In this document: in pieces, positions 19,144 to 29,253 of the stretch
Position numbering within the stretch: position 1 is the stretch's first letter
Layout of the letters: each line of letters begins with the position of its first letter
Origin: a virus
Length of the DNA: 64,000 nucleotides
IMG/VR virus record: IMGVR_UViG_3300032116_000062
Span: 1 to 64,000 of that record
Strand: one strand, 5' to 3'
Translations under genes and position numbers: made by a program
The notes under the pieces: model-generated
Databases searched by the model: none
Seen by the model: the letters and a program-made list of their open reading frames with translations, nothing else
What the model was told of the DNA's origin: nothing

Positions 19144-22100
19144 ATGGGATTAGAATCACCTACTGAAAATCTTTTTGGCGGAGATGTTACTACGAATAAC
19201 CAATCACCTTTGGATGGTACGTCAGGAACTACATCAGGAATACGAGATACCGTACTTACCGGAAATACTACTTTGTTAACTTCCGGTGGAGGTGGAGGAG
19301 GTGGCGGTGTTTGGGTCCCACCATCTGGAAACGATGGAGTATTGAATATAATTTTACAGTCAACAGAAGCAGCACGATTTTTGGAAACAGGAGTCGGAGT
19401 TGGAATTGGAACATCGGTAAAATTAACATATTCACCATCTTTGACATTTGGTAACTCAAAAACATATACCGCCGAAATAGAAGGTAAACGAACGTTAAAT
19501 TATTTTATAGTTTCTGTAAAATCCACACAAAATATTACAGGAGCATATTTAAGTTCTGATCAACTATTTGTAGAAGAATATATTTACGATTCTACAAATT
19601 CGAATTATGTATTAACAAATGTAAGAGAGTTACAAAGTACATCGGGTACAATTGATTTACAATTTATATTTGAATCAAAGGTTAGACCTACACTTATATT
19701 GAATCCAGAACCAGATCCTCCTATATCGACTCCTGCAGATGATATTTCTGTTGGATATGAGATAGCTTTTGCTACAAATTTAAGTTCAGAACTAGGGGAT
19801 TCAATTTCTTTAAAATACAAATTAGCAACAAGTACAAATGATATAGTTGATGAGGGAGTTATATTATTATCTGAAGGATCTACAGATGGGAAGCAAATAA
19901 AAAAATCCATATTAGATAGTGGATACGTTATTTTTGAAATAGATGGAATGTTACCAAAAGGTGTATCTTATTCTTCCGTTTATTGGGCGAATAAAACTAC
20001 TGCCGAATCGAACATTAATGATTTTTCAAAATGGAATAGTACCAATCAATCCTTTAAGATATCATCTAAAGAATTATTAAATGGTGTTGTTGTATTTGCT
20101 GAATTAGAAAAGTTAATACCGAGCGAAAAACCAAAAATATCCGTTGTAAAGGATAGATACGATATAGATGTAAAAGAATCTGATGTAGAAAAGGAAGTAT
20201 TTGTGGAGTTTTCGACAGAAAATGCAGATTATGTAAATGCTTATATTTCTACGGATAAATTTATTAAAGTAGATGCTAAATCGGGGATTGCAAATCTATT
20301 TTTTGTTAAGGATTTTTTAAAAGTATATGGACTTAAAAAAGTAATTTTAGTAGCTGAAAGTGAAAAATACGGAACAGGAGATAAAGTAGAAGTTTTATTA
20401 AATTTCATTGCAATAAATGATTTCCCGTCTGTAACTCAAATAGTTTTTCCGAATGAAATAGATATACCAAGTTTTTCTGATTACAATATTAGTTATGATG
20501 TAACATATAATACATTTGCTACTACTCATATCAATGTTGAACTATTACAAAAAGATAACACAAAAATTTTAGTATTTAAAAATTTAGCACCAAATAACTC
20601 ATTTAAAATAAATTTGAGAGATTTGGCTAAATCTTTTCCTAATTGGAATGGAAGTGATAATATTACACTTATCATAACACCAATAAACAATTCTGGTTCA
20701 AAAGAATTAATAGGTAACACATATGAAATAAAAACAAAATTATTACAACCATCAATAAAATTAGATGAAGATTCGATTAGAAAATCTATTTTTGATGCAT
20801 TTGTAGATACTATAGCTTTTTCAGAACCACAAAAAGAAAGTAAGTATTTAACACATCTTGCAAACTTTGGTAATGATGAACAAATACTGATTTCTTCTTG
20901 GGAACAGGATAATTGGACTTTATCTGATAAAACGGAAGATGAATTTGGAAATATAACAATTACAAATGAGGTAAAATCTATAATACTAAAATTATATAAC
21001 CCACTACCTGCAAATGTTGTGGATAATTCTACTTTTTGGATTACCAAACTTATGGCTAATCCATTGATAGAAACTGTTATATTAAATGAACAGGATGAAT
21101 TAAGTTGTCCTCCACTAAAAGGCCCTAATTTTAATATAGATATAGATTATATAAAGGGTAAATCAACTAATTACGAATCACTTGATAATTTAATATTAAG
21201 TGCATCTGTTTCTAGCTCATCGGAACTAATACAAAGTTATTTGAGTTCTTCTGTTTTCGATACATCAAATTTAAACGTTGAATATGTAAGTGGATCTGAT
21301 ATAAATGCTGGATCCATACTTTGGGAAAATTTTGTACACTTTAGTTCAGCAAAAGAGCGTGTCATAAACTTTAGATATAAAGTAGAATTGATAGAAGCAT
21401 ATGAATCGGCTATATCATCATCTTATCACGGAGGAGGAGCACATACGACCACTCTATCTGCAATTCAAGAAAGAGAAAAGAATTTAGATAAAAAAAGAAA
21501 AGTTATTCAAGGATTCGATGGATTTGAATCTTTTTTGTATGAATCTTCATCCTTCGGATGGCCATATAATGGTTCTGACAGAAGATTAAGTAATGATACA
21601 ATAGTAGATGTTTGGTATGATACTATAATAGAATTGGCCAATGATTATGATTCTATGAATTATAATTGTGTATTAAATAATGTACCTGCATACATTTCCG
21701 ATTATGAGGAAAATGAAAGTTATTTACTATTTTTATCAATGATAGGACATCATTTTGATAATATATACTTTTATACAAAAGCAATAGAAAGAAGTAGGGG
21801 ATTGGGTTATAAATCCACAAATGGTATATCGGATAAGTTACTATATGATACATTAAAATCGTTTAATTGGAATGCATTAACTTTGGATAGTAGTGCACAA
21901 CTTTGGAAATTAGTATTTGGAATGGATTCCGATGGTAATACCAAAGAAAGTACATCCGTAAAACAAAGAACCCACAAAGTATGGAGAAGAATAATAAATA
22001 ATTTACCATATTTGTTAAAGCATAAAGGAACAAAACGTGGAATTTATGCATTAATGGCGTGTTATGGAATACCTGCATCAAATTTATCAATTATAGAATT

Positions 22101-24558
22101 TGGTGGACCAGAGGTATCCGATGTTGAAAGCACAAAATCAAAATTTGAATTTGATAACATATCAAATACACTTATTTTTAACGATGGTGCGTATATAGAA
22201 ATGCCATGGAAGAATACAGATAAAGGTAGGAAGCCGGATACCATTGAAATGTTTATCAAACCGGCATATTCGGGAGAATGGACAGTTCTTACTGGAAGTG
22301 CAGATTGGAATTTATCATTGAGTGGTTCTGTAGATAGTTCATACGGAAAAGTAATATTTGATTACGGAACAGGAACTCTTCAAACGGATACTCTACCAAT
22401 ATTCAATGGTTCGTTCTTTGGTATATGTTTAAGTAGACAGGATGGTTCGCCTGATACGTTTAGATTAAATGTAAGGCAATCTAATAGAGAAAGCGTTGTG
22501 TTTGAGGATAGTAAAACGACTACTGCAGCTTCTCACAACTACGATTCCGATGGTATTTTACGAATAGGTAATAATCAAAGTTATAGTGGAAGTATAGATG
22601 AGTTTCGTTTATGGAGTGAAGTATTAAATCAAGATGTGTTCAACCAACACGTTTTCTTTCCAGAGATGACAAATGGTAATAGTATATCGGCATCTACATC
22701 TGATTTGTATTTCCGTTTAGATTTTGAATATCCAAAAAATTTAGCACAAACATCATCTTTAATAAATGTTGATACCAATGTTTATTATCCAATAATTCAA
22801 TTAAATCCTTCAAGTTCTTTACAAATTACAAGAAATATATTGGAAGAAACTGGTTCAATTGGAAATAATGTTATACTATCGGAAAACCCATATACAATAT
22901 ATTCCGCATCTGCGCATAATTTTACATCTATCACATCATATCCGTATAATTTTGAAACAATAGAAAGAACCAATGTATTAGAAATACCAAACATAGGTTC
23001 ATCAAGATATTCTACAAACAAAGTAAGATTTGAAGAGCAGTATACGTTGGATGGGCAAAAGATAAGTGGAAGTGTTGGAGTTGATTTATCTATAAAAAAT
23101 AGATCAACGAAAAAATCATTTGATCAGGCTCCAGTAGATTCTAATAGAGTTGGATTATTCTTTTCTCCTACAAAGGAATTAAATATTGATATTGCCAAAT
23201 CAATTGGTGGGTTTAATTTAGATAATTACATAGGTAACCCAGCAGATAGGTATAAATCAAATTATAAATCGTTAGATGAATTAAGAAAATATTACTTCAA
23301 AAGATTTGATAACAGAGATGTATACGAATACATTAACTTAATTAAGTTATATGAAAAGTCGATGTTTGAAGATATTAAAAAAATGCTACCTGCAAGGGTT
23401 AAGGCAACAACTGGTCTATTAATCGAACCGCATTTTTTAGAAAGAAGTAAAATACAACAAAATAAACCAACAGGTTCAAATGATTATCAGGAATCCGAAT
23501 TAGATACAACCGAAACTAGATTAGTATTAGCGGAAACTGCAGATTTAAATACTAACATAGATACTGCAGATGAATATGATTTATTCGGTGAAGATAATCA
23601 ATATGAGACAACGGTAACTGATACTAAAATAGAAGCATTAAATGCGGATGAGTATCAAGAAGATGGTATAATAAATTTAGATGATACAAACTTACTTACA
23701 GGTGAAAATGAGTATTATGAAACCAATATAGATGCTAAATCGGATGAGGCCACATTACAAATCGAATCTGAAAACCAATCTTTTTCAATGTTTGGACAGG
23801 ATGCATCTAATGATTTGGGATTTGGGATATATTCGATGCATGGACATTCTATAAGGTCTTACTATGATAGTAATGGAATACTACGAACCGAAAGGGTAAT
23901 TGTTTATTATTTAACGGAAGAAAAAACAAAAACATATACTACATTTAAAGAGTTTATTGATGGCGTTGGTGACCCAAGAGCTGGATATAATGTTACAACC
24001 ATACCATATTCCGAAACAACGTTGAATATAAAACCATTAACACCGATTACGGTTGGTGATTTAATAACTATACCAAGAATTGATTTGGAATTAGATGAGA
24101 TTGAATTTTTAGATTCGGATATGGTATTATGGACTGCCGATTTATTATTACTCAATTTAACTACAGATGAGTTAGAATTTAGATATCCACAATCTACCGG
24201 TACAATATATAAAGCAACTTTGACCGGATTGGATAATCAAAATGGTGCACAGGCAGAGGGTTACAATTTAGATTTTATCACTACACCGGGTACAACCGTA
24301 ACATATGGTGGGTTTCCTGTAGTTGGTGGTAGAATAACAAGCGTAGTTCCCGTTGATGGATATACACAATACCATTATAAACGTGTTGGGGATTTAACTA
24401 GGGGGTTAAAAAATTCATACTACAATGGATCTAAAAACACAGCAGCGACCACTTTAGATGGATCACCTCCTGTTGAGATATTTGTTACTAATCCAAATAC
24501 GTTAAGAGTAAATAAAGCCGGAAGGGATGCAAATGAACCTATTTTGGAAGTTGAGTAA
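19144..24558 (+). CDS. large virion/baseplate protein (1804 aa) with LamG-like domain
   Basis: LLKHKGTKRGI...YGIP (tail P2-I/gp7-like motif); YSGSIDEFRLWSEVL LamG signature; structural context. Confidence 0.6.
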   Translation: MGLESPTENLFGGDVTTNNQSPLDGTSGTTSGIRDTVLTGNTTLLTSGGGGGGGGVWVPPSGNDGVLNIILQSTEAARFLETGVGVGIGTSVKLTYSPSLTFGNSKTYTAEIEGKRTLNYFIVSVKSTQNITGAYLSSDQLFVEEYIYDSTNSNYVLTNVRELQSTSGTIDLQFIFESKVRPTLILNPEPDPPISTPADDISVGYEIAFATNLSSELGDSISLKYKLATSTNDIVDEGVILLSEGSTDGKQIKKSILDSGYVIFEIDGMLPKGVSYSSVYWANKTTAESNINDFSKWNSTNQSFKISSKELLNGVVVFAELEKLIPSEKPKISVVKDRYDIDVKESDVEKEVFVEFSTENADYVNAYISTDKFIKVDAKSGIANLFFVKDFLKVYGLKKVILVAESEKYGTGDKVEVLLNFIAINDFPSVTQIVFPNEIDIPSFSDYNISYDVTYNTFATTHINVELLQKDNTKILVFKNLAPNNSFKINLRDLAKSFPNWNGSDNITLIITPINNSGSKELIGNTYEIKTKLLQPSIKLDEDSIRKSIFDAFVDTIAFSEPQKESKYLTHLANFGNDEQILISSWEQDNWTLSDKTEDEFGNITITNEVKSIILKLYNPLPANVVDNSTFWITKLMANPLIETVILNEQDELSCPPLKGPNFNIDIDYIKGKSTNYESLDNLILSASVSSSSELIQSYLSSSVFDTSNLNVEYVSGSDINAGSILWENFVHFSSAKERVINFRYKVELIEAYESAISSSYHGGGAHTTTLSAIQEREKNLDKKRKVIQGFDGFESFLYESSSFGWPYNGSDRRLSNDTIVDVWYDTIIELANDYDSMNYNCVLNNVPAYISDYEENESYLLFLSMIGHHFDNIYFYTKAIERSRGLGYKSTNGISDKLLYDTLKSFNWNALTLDSSAQLWKLVFGMDSDGNTKESTSVKQRTHKVWRRIINNLPYLLKHKGTKRGIYALMACYGIPASNLSIIEFGGPEVSDVESTKSKFEFDNISNTLIFNDGAYIEMPWKNTDKGRKPDTIEMFIKPAYSGEWTVLTGSADWNLSLSGSVDSSYGKVIFDYGTGTLQTDTLPIFNGSFFGICLSRQDGSPDTFRLNVRQSNRESVVFEDSKTTTAASHNYDSDGILRIGNNQSYSGSIDEFRLWSEVLNQDVFNQHVFFPEMTNGNSISASTSDLYFRLDFEYPKNLAQTSSLINVDTNVYYPIIQLNPSSSLQITRNILEETGSIGNNVILSENPYTIYSASAHNFTSITSYPYNFETIERTNVLEIPNIGSSRYSTNKVRFEEQYTLDGQKISGSVGVDLSIKNRSTKKSFDQAPVDSNRVGLFFSPTKELNIDIAKSIGGFNLDNYIGNPADRYKSNYKSLDELRKYYFKRFDNRDVYEYINLIKLYEKSMFEDIKKMLPARVKATTGLLIEPHFLERSKIQQNKPTGSNDYQESELDTTETRLVLAETADLNTNIDTADEYDLFGEDNQYETTVTDTKIEALNADEYQEDGIINLDDTNLLTGENEYYETNIDAKSDEATLQIESENQSFSMFGQDASNDLGFGIYSMHGHSIRSYYDSNGILRTERVIVYYLTEEKTKTYTTFKEFIDGVGDPRAGYNVTTIPYSETTLNIKPLTPITVGDLITIPRIDLELDEIEFLDSDMVLWTADLLLLNLTTDELEFRYPQSTGTIYKATLTGLDNQNGAQAEGYNLDFITTPGTTVTYGGFPVVGGRITSVVPVDGYTQYHYKRVGDLTRGLKNSYYNGSKNTAATTLDGSPPVEIFVTNPNTLRVNKAGRDANEPILEVE

Positions 24559-24575
24559 TAATTTTTATAAAAACT

Positions 24576-24583
24576 ATATTTAT
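24576..24583 (+). promoter_or_regulatory. putative late promoter ATATTTAT
   Basis: octamer in the gap before 24606. Confidence 0.55.
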
Positions 24584-24605
24584 TAACAAACGATAATTAT
24601 ATAAT

Positions 24606-25229
24606 ATGGGATATTTAAGTAATACAGAATTGACAGTAGATGCAATTCTTACTAAAAAGGGTAGAGAAAAACTTGCAGCAGGTTTGGGATTAAACATTAC
24701 TCAATTTGCATTGGCAGATGATGAGATTGATTATTCTCTATATGAACCGGCACACCCATTGGGGTCTGCATATTATGATGCGGCAATTAAAAATATGCCA
24801 GTATTAGAGGCTTCACCCGATGAGACGCAAGTTATGAGATATAAGTTAGTAACACTTCCAAAAAACACAACAAGAATTCCTGTTGTTGAATTTGGTGTTC
24901 CTAATATATCCGTTAATCAAAGAAGTGGTGAAGTGGCATTATCGCCTACAACATCGCCTGCAGGAAATAGAACTTTGGGTTATACCATTGTTTTAGCAAA
25001 TAAAGCTGCCGGAGATATAGTTGGTGAAGGAGTAACATCTGAAGTTGGTTCTGTACCTGTGTTTATTGGTGATGATGTATCAGCAACAGCTGCAATTGCA
25101 AAGGGATTAACATTTAAATTTATACCAAACCCATCATTAACAGCAACTACAAAAACTACTATAACCGTTTATGGTAATGAGACGGGTGGTTCACAAACAA
25201 TTCCAGTAACCGTAACATACGTTCAATAA
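24606..25229 (+). CDS. virion structural protein
   Basis: VDAILTKKGRE...ITQFALADDEIDY N-terminus of the tail-collar/baseplate type. Confidence 0.6.
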   Translation: MGYLSNTELTVDAILTKKGREKLAAGLGLNITQFALADDEIDYSLYEPAHPLGSAYYDAAIKNMPVLEASPDETQVMRYKLVTLPKNTTRIPVVEFGVPNISVNQRSGEVALSPTTSPAGNRTLGYTIVLANKAAGDIVGEGVTSEVGSVPVFIGDDVSATAAIAKGLTFKFIPNPSLTATTKTTITVYGNETGGSQTIPVTVTYVQ

Positions 25230-25237
25230 TATAAACT

Positions 25238-26494
25238 ATGGCAATAATTAGAGACAATAGAGGAGCCCTTTTAGCAAGTAATTTAGCACAATACTTGTCA
25301 GCAGTATCAAATACTTCAGGAACTCCAATTGATACAAATGAACTAGTAAACATTGTAAATCAATTTTTAGGACAAGGAGAGCAAATAAGTGCAGAATTTA
25401 CTACCATAACAAATGGTATTTATAAAAAATTCGGACCTGTAGATAAAGTTACAAATAGAACAGAGATAGTTACATCTGGAATATGGAGTGATGATACCGG
25501 CTCTTTAACAGCATTTTATACATCATCGGAACAAATACAAGATGTTAGTGGAAAGTACTATATAGATGTATATTCAACTGCAAACACAGGATCTTCTGAA
25601 GTTCAGTTCTCAATAGCATATGGTGATATTAGTGGTTGGGGTGCACCCACGTTGGAGCAAGATGATAAATCATTTTTATCTACAAAAGCGGTATATTCAC
25701 AATTGAGAAATGTACTACTTGGAACAGGGGATGATAAGTTTAGTGTATATGGTGGAAGTGTTGCAGGTGCTACCGATTTGGATGCGTTCTATGCAATCAA
25801 TATAAATAGATCTAGGTACAAAGAGAGATTGGATCCAGGAAATATATCAATAACATTAACGGGTGCAAGTAAAACTGTAACATTGATAGATGATAGTGGC
25901 GGAACCGATGAAAATGTATCAACATCAGGAAGAGTATACAATATGGTTAGTGGTTCTTTAAACATTGGAAGTGCATTAACCGCATCGATAAACACATACA
26001 CTTGCTCTGCGGCAAATGGTAATCAGGGTTGGGGATTATTTTATCCTGATATGGGTATTATTTTGTTAAATCCTACAGCATTAAAAGATGTAGATTCTAA
26101 ATTAGCAAGAGCAAATGCATCGCATGTTGGAGTTTATCATAATAATTCATTGAGTGGATCTACATATACAAACAATTCAGGTTCAATGGCATTACTTAAT
26201 GTACTCAAAGCGGGAGCTGATTTTCAAGCCCGTAGAACTGAAAATGTATCAACATCTCATTACTTTGTTAGAGCTAATAACAGAGAGTTTAACTTCTCAA
26301 ATAACCCAACATTTGTAACAGGCTCAACGGGTCAATTTGTTCAATCTACATTTGAAAAAAATCCTAGAGTATATGTAACAACGGTTGGTTTATACGATGA
26401 TGCTAATGAATTATTGGCAGTAGCAAAAGTATCAAAACCAATTGAAAAATCTTTTGATAAAGAAGTTGCAATTAAAGTTAAATTAGATTTCTAA
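25238..26494 (+). CDS. virion structural protein
   Basis: C-terminal TTVGLYDDANELLAVAKVSKPIEK, shared with 26590..27588. Confidence 0.6.
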   Translation: MAIIRDNRGALLASNLAQYLSAVSNTSGTPIDTNELVNIVNQFLGQGEQISAEFTTITNGIYKKFGPVDKVTNRTEIVTSGIWSDDTGSLTAFYTSSEQIQDVSGKYYIDVYSTANTGSSEVQFSIAYGDISGWGAPTLEQDDKSFLSTKAVYSQLRNVLLGTGDDKFSVYGGSVAGATDLDAFYAININRSRYKERLDPGNISITLTGASKTVTLIDDSGGTDENVSTSGRVYNMVSGSLNIGSALTASINTYTCSAANGNQGWGLFYPDMGIILLNPTALKDVDSKLARANASHVGVYHNNSLSGSTYTNNSGSMALLNVLKAGADFQARRTENVSTSHYFVRANNREFNFSNNPTFVTGSTGQFVQSTFEKNPRVYVTTVGLYDDANELLAVAKVSKPIEKSFDKEVAIKVKLDF

Positions 26495-26538
26495 AAGGAG
26501 AATAATTAATATATCGGTTGAAAAATACCAAACAATAG

Positions 26539-26568
26539 ACCCAACCTAACAGGATTGGGTTTTTGTTT
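26539..26568 (+). terminator. rho-independent terminator
   Basis: ACCCAACCT/AGGATTGGGT stem (one bulge) followed by TTTTGTTT. Confidence 0.65.
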
Positions 26569-26589
26569 ATTAAGATATTTATATGTGAT

Positions 26590-27588
26590 ATGTTAAAAAG
26601 AATACCAAAATCAGATATTAGTATTAGGCCATTCAAAGTTTACAAAGAATGGTCTTTTGATGAAACAACCGCATCGGGTTCATCCGTTTTTATTTATAGT
26701 GCAAGTGTTGGCAATGTAGTTAATGATTATGAAATCGCAAGTGTTACAAATCCAAATACAAATCAAACAATATCATACTATCCACATTCCGTTTATGGTC
26801 AATTAAGAGCACAATTTTATAACGGGAACGAAGATAATCCTTTTTTGAGATTTGGTAATAAAACAAACGAATATAATACTGATGCATCGAACAAAGAAAG
26901 ATTTTTAGGAAATGATGCAAAGGTTATATCCGTTCCTCAAATTTTAATGGGAGAGGGTATAAAAAAAGGATCGGTATCGTTGGTAAATGGTAGTACAACG
27001 TATTTGGATGATAAATACAGCAATTTAATTCAAAGTGGTAGTACACATAGAATTGGTAATGTATTTTATAGCCAAGGATTAATTGTACTAACAAGTGGAT
27101 CAAATTCAATGCTTACATCCAGTTGGGAACTATCTTATAAATCAACTGAAACTATATATGAGCATGAGTATTTATTGATTGTAAATGAAAGTGAGTTCAA
27201 TATTTCCACAAACCCATCCGCATATATAGTTGTTGGAAAAGAAACGGAAAGTTTTACGGATTCTGATGGGAAAACATTCACAGTTGTAACTAATCCTGGA
27301 GTAAAATACATAAGAAAAAAGAGTGTATTAGAAAATGGCCAAATTTTGGATTATAGATACACAGGATCAATTTCATCATCCGTAAGTAATATGTGGATAT
27401 CCGGGGGGTTTGAACACTATGATTTGAGTTCTTCGGTTGATTTAACGGGATCATTTCTTACTCCATTTATAACATCAATTGGATTGTATGATGATGATTG
27501 TGATTTGATTGCAATTGCAAAACTTCCAAAACCTATAAAATCCGAACCCGAATTTCCGATGAATTTTATTGTAAGGTTTGATACGTGA
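26590..27588 (+). CDS. virion structural protein (paralogous C-terminus to 25238..26494)
   Basis: ATG 26590 after ATATTTAT (26575); ITSIGLYDDDCDLIAIAKLPKPIK C-terminus. Confidence 0.6.
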   Translation: MLKRIPKSDISIRPFKVYKEWSFDETTASGSSVFIYSASVGNVVNDYEIASVTNPNTNQTISYYPHSVYGQLRAQFYNGNEDNPFLRFGNKTNEYNTDASNKERFLGNDAKVISVPQILMGEGIKKGSVSLVNGSTTYLDDKYSNLIQSGSTHRIGNVFYSQGLIVLTSGSNSMLTSSWELSYKSTETIYEHEYLLIVNESEFNISTNPSAYIVVGKETESFTDSDGKTFTVVTNPGVKYIRKKSVLENGQILDYRYTGSISSSVSNMWISGGFEHYDLSSSVDLTGSFLTPFITSIGLYDDDCDLIAIAKLPKPIKSEPEFPMNFIVRFDT

Positions 27589-27636
27589 TTGGGGTTTTAT
27601 TAAATAATCATATATTTATTATAAAAAAAGAAACTT

Positions 27637-27846
27637 ATGGCAACAATTTTAGACTTATACGCAGCACAACAATCTGCGCTTGGTGTGGATAAAATTTCAT
27701 ACGATGCAGGGGTTGCTGCAAAAACTCCGTATACTACCAATGATTTAAAAAAAGCAGATGAGCAAGTTTTATCAGCGGCAAAATTAAAAATAGGTAGAGG
27801 TGGTGAACTTAACGCTAAAAAATATAGCGATAATCCACCAAAATAA
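27637..27846 (+). CDS. small hypothetical protein
   Basis: 69 aa; ATATTTAT at 27612 upstream. Confidence 0.6.
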   Translation: MATILDLYAAQQSALGVDKISYDAGVAAKTPYTTNDLKKADEQVLSAAKLKIGRGGELNAKKYSDNPPK

Positions 27847-27855
27847 TTTATTTTA

Positions 27856-28272
27856 ATGGCAAAAAAAGTTACAAAAAAGAACAACTCTAAATGGGTTGCG
27901 AAGAAATATGGATTTAAGTCAGGTCTTGAAGAAAACGTTTCCAATCAAATTTCAAATAGGGGATTATCTGTCGAATATGAGTCCGAAGAAGTTCCTTATA
28001 TTATACCTGCTAGCGAACATACTTACCATCCTGATTTTAAGTTACCGAATGGTATCAGGGTAGAAACAAAAGGTAGATTTGTTCTTGCAGACAGGAAAAA
28101 ACATTTATTAGTAAAACAACAACATCCAGAGTTGGATATTCGTTTTGTTTTTACAAATTCCAAAAATAAAATAAACAAAAAATCCAAAACCACATATGCG
28201 ATGTGGTGTGAAAAGCATGGATTTAAGTACGCAGATAAAGAAATACCAGAAGAATGGTTTTTAGAACCATAA
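27856..28272 (+). CDS. T7 endonuclease I-like Holliday junction resolvase
   Basis: FKSGLEE, YHPDFKLPNGIRVETKGRF, DRKKHLLVKQQHPELDIRFVF and WCEKHGF closely follow T7 gp3. Confidence 0.93.
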   Translation: MAKKVTKKNNSKWVAKKYGFKSGLEENVSNQISNRGLSVEYESEEVPYIIPASEHTYHPDFKLPNGIRVETKGRFVLADRKKHLLVKQQHPELDIRFVFTNSKNKINKKSKTTYAMWCEKHGFKYADKEIPEEWFLEP

Positions 28273-28275
28273 AAA

Positions 28276-28307
28276 TTTGGTAATATCAAATATTTGTCGT
28301 ATGTTTG
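28276..28307 (+). promoter_or_regulatory. Bacteroidota sigma70 promoter, exact consensus
   Basis: TTTG 28276-28279, 20-nt spacer, TATGTTTG 28300-28307 (TAnnTTTG); GTG start 4 nt later. Confidence 0.7.
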
Positions 28308-28311
28308 TTAG

Positions 28312-29253
28312 GTGTTGAAGCAGACTGATAAAAATATCGTAGTATCCACGTTGTCTAATACGTTGGGTAGTTATTCCGTATTAAAGGGTAACGAATTAGC
28401 ATTTTATTGTCCGTTTTGTAATCACCATAAACAAAAGTTGCAGGTAAACACCGAAACGCAGAAGTGGCATTGTTGGACTTGTAATAGTGGTGGTAAGAAA
28501 TTGACATCCCTACTTCGTAAACTTGATGTGGACAGGAAAACTATATCCATAATTAGAGAAATATACGGAGATAGTAATTGGACACCACAGCAAGAAGATG
28601 CCGATACAAAAGTATTCATTTCCCTTCCAAAAGAATTTATTAGTTTAGCAGAAGAACCCAAAGGATTTAATCCTGAATATAAAAATGCTATGTATTATCT
28701 CACTCAAAGAGGTATTACTATAAAAGATATAATCAAATACAATATCGGTTATTGTAAAGAGGGATTATATGCACAGAGAGTAATTATTCCTTCATATAAT
28801 TCCGATGGGTCACTTAATTATTTTATTTCTAGGTCTTACTACCCAGAAAACAAAATGAAATATAAAAACCCACCAATCAGCAAAAATGTTATATGTTTTG
28901 AATCGCAGGTAAATTGGAAAGAACCAATTATACTTTGTGAGGGTGTATTTGATGCAATCACAATCAAAAGAAATGCTATCCCACTTTTAGGTAAGTTTCC
29001 ATCTAAACAATTAGTTGAGAAAATCTTTATGAGTGGAGTAAACAATATTATTATTTCATTGGATAACGATGCAATGAATGAAGCATTGAAAGCAGCAGAA
29101 TATTTCCGTAAGAATGGAATAAATGTAAAGATGATGTATCTAAAAGATAAAGATGCTGCCGATATGGGATATGAAAAATTTTATGAAGAATTAAATAAAA
29201 CAACAGAATTTAATAGTGAGGAATTACTATTGGCAAAAATAAATCAATTATGA
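28312..29253 (+). CDS. DNA primase (zinc finger + TOPRIM)
   Basis: CPFC..H...WHCWTC zinc finger; LCEGVFDA and LDND TOPRIM motifs. Confidence 0.9.
   Translation: MLKQTDKNIVVSTLSNTLGSYSVLKGNELAFYCPFCNHHKQKLQVNTETQKWHCWTCNSGGKKLTSLLRKLDVDRKTISIIREIYGDSNWTPQQEDADTKVFISLPKEFISLAEEPKGFNPEYKNAMYYLTQRGITIKDIIKYNIGYCKEGLYAQRVIIPSYNSDGSLNYFISRSYYPENKMKYKNPPISKNVICFESQVNWKEPIILCEGVFDAITIKRNAIPLLGKFPSKQLVEKIFMSGVNNIIISLDNDAMNEALKAAEYFRKNGINVKMMYLKDKDAADMGYEKFYEELNKTTEFNSEELLLAKINQL

Noticed and set aside
18880-19310. GC-richer GGT/GGA and CCA/CCG runs as a DNA repeat element or foreign insert
   Set aside because: Explained by in-frame Pro-rich and poly-Gly linkers of two structural proteins
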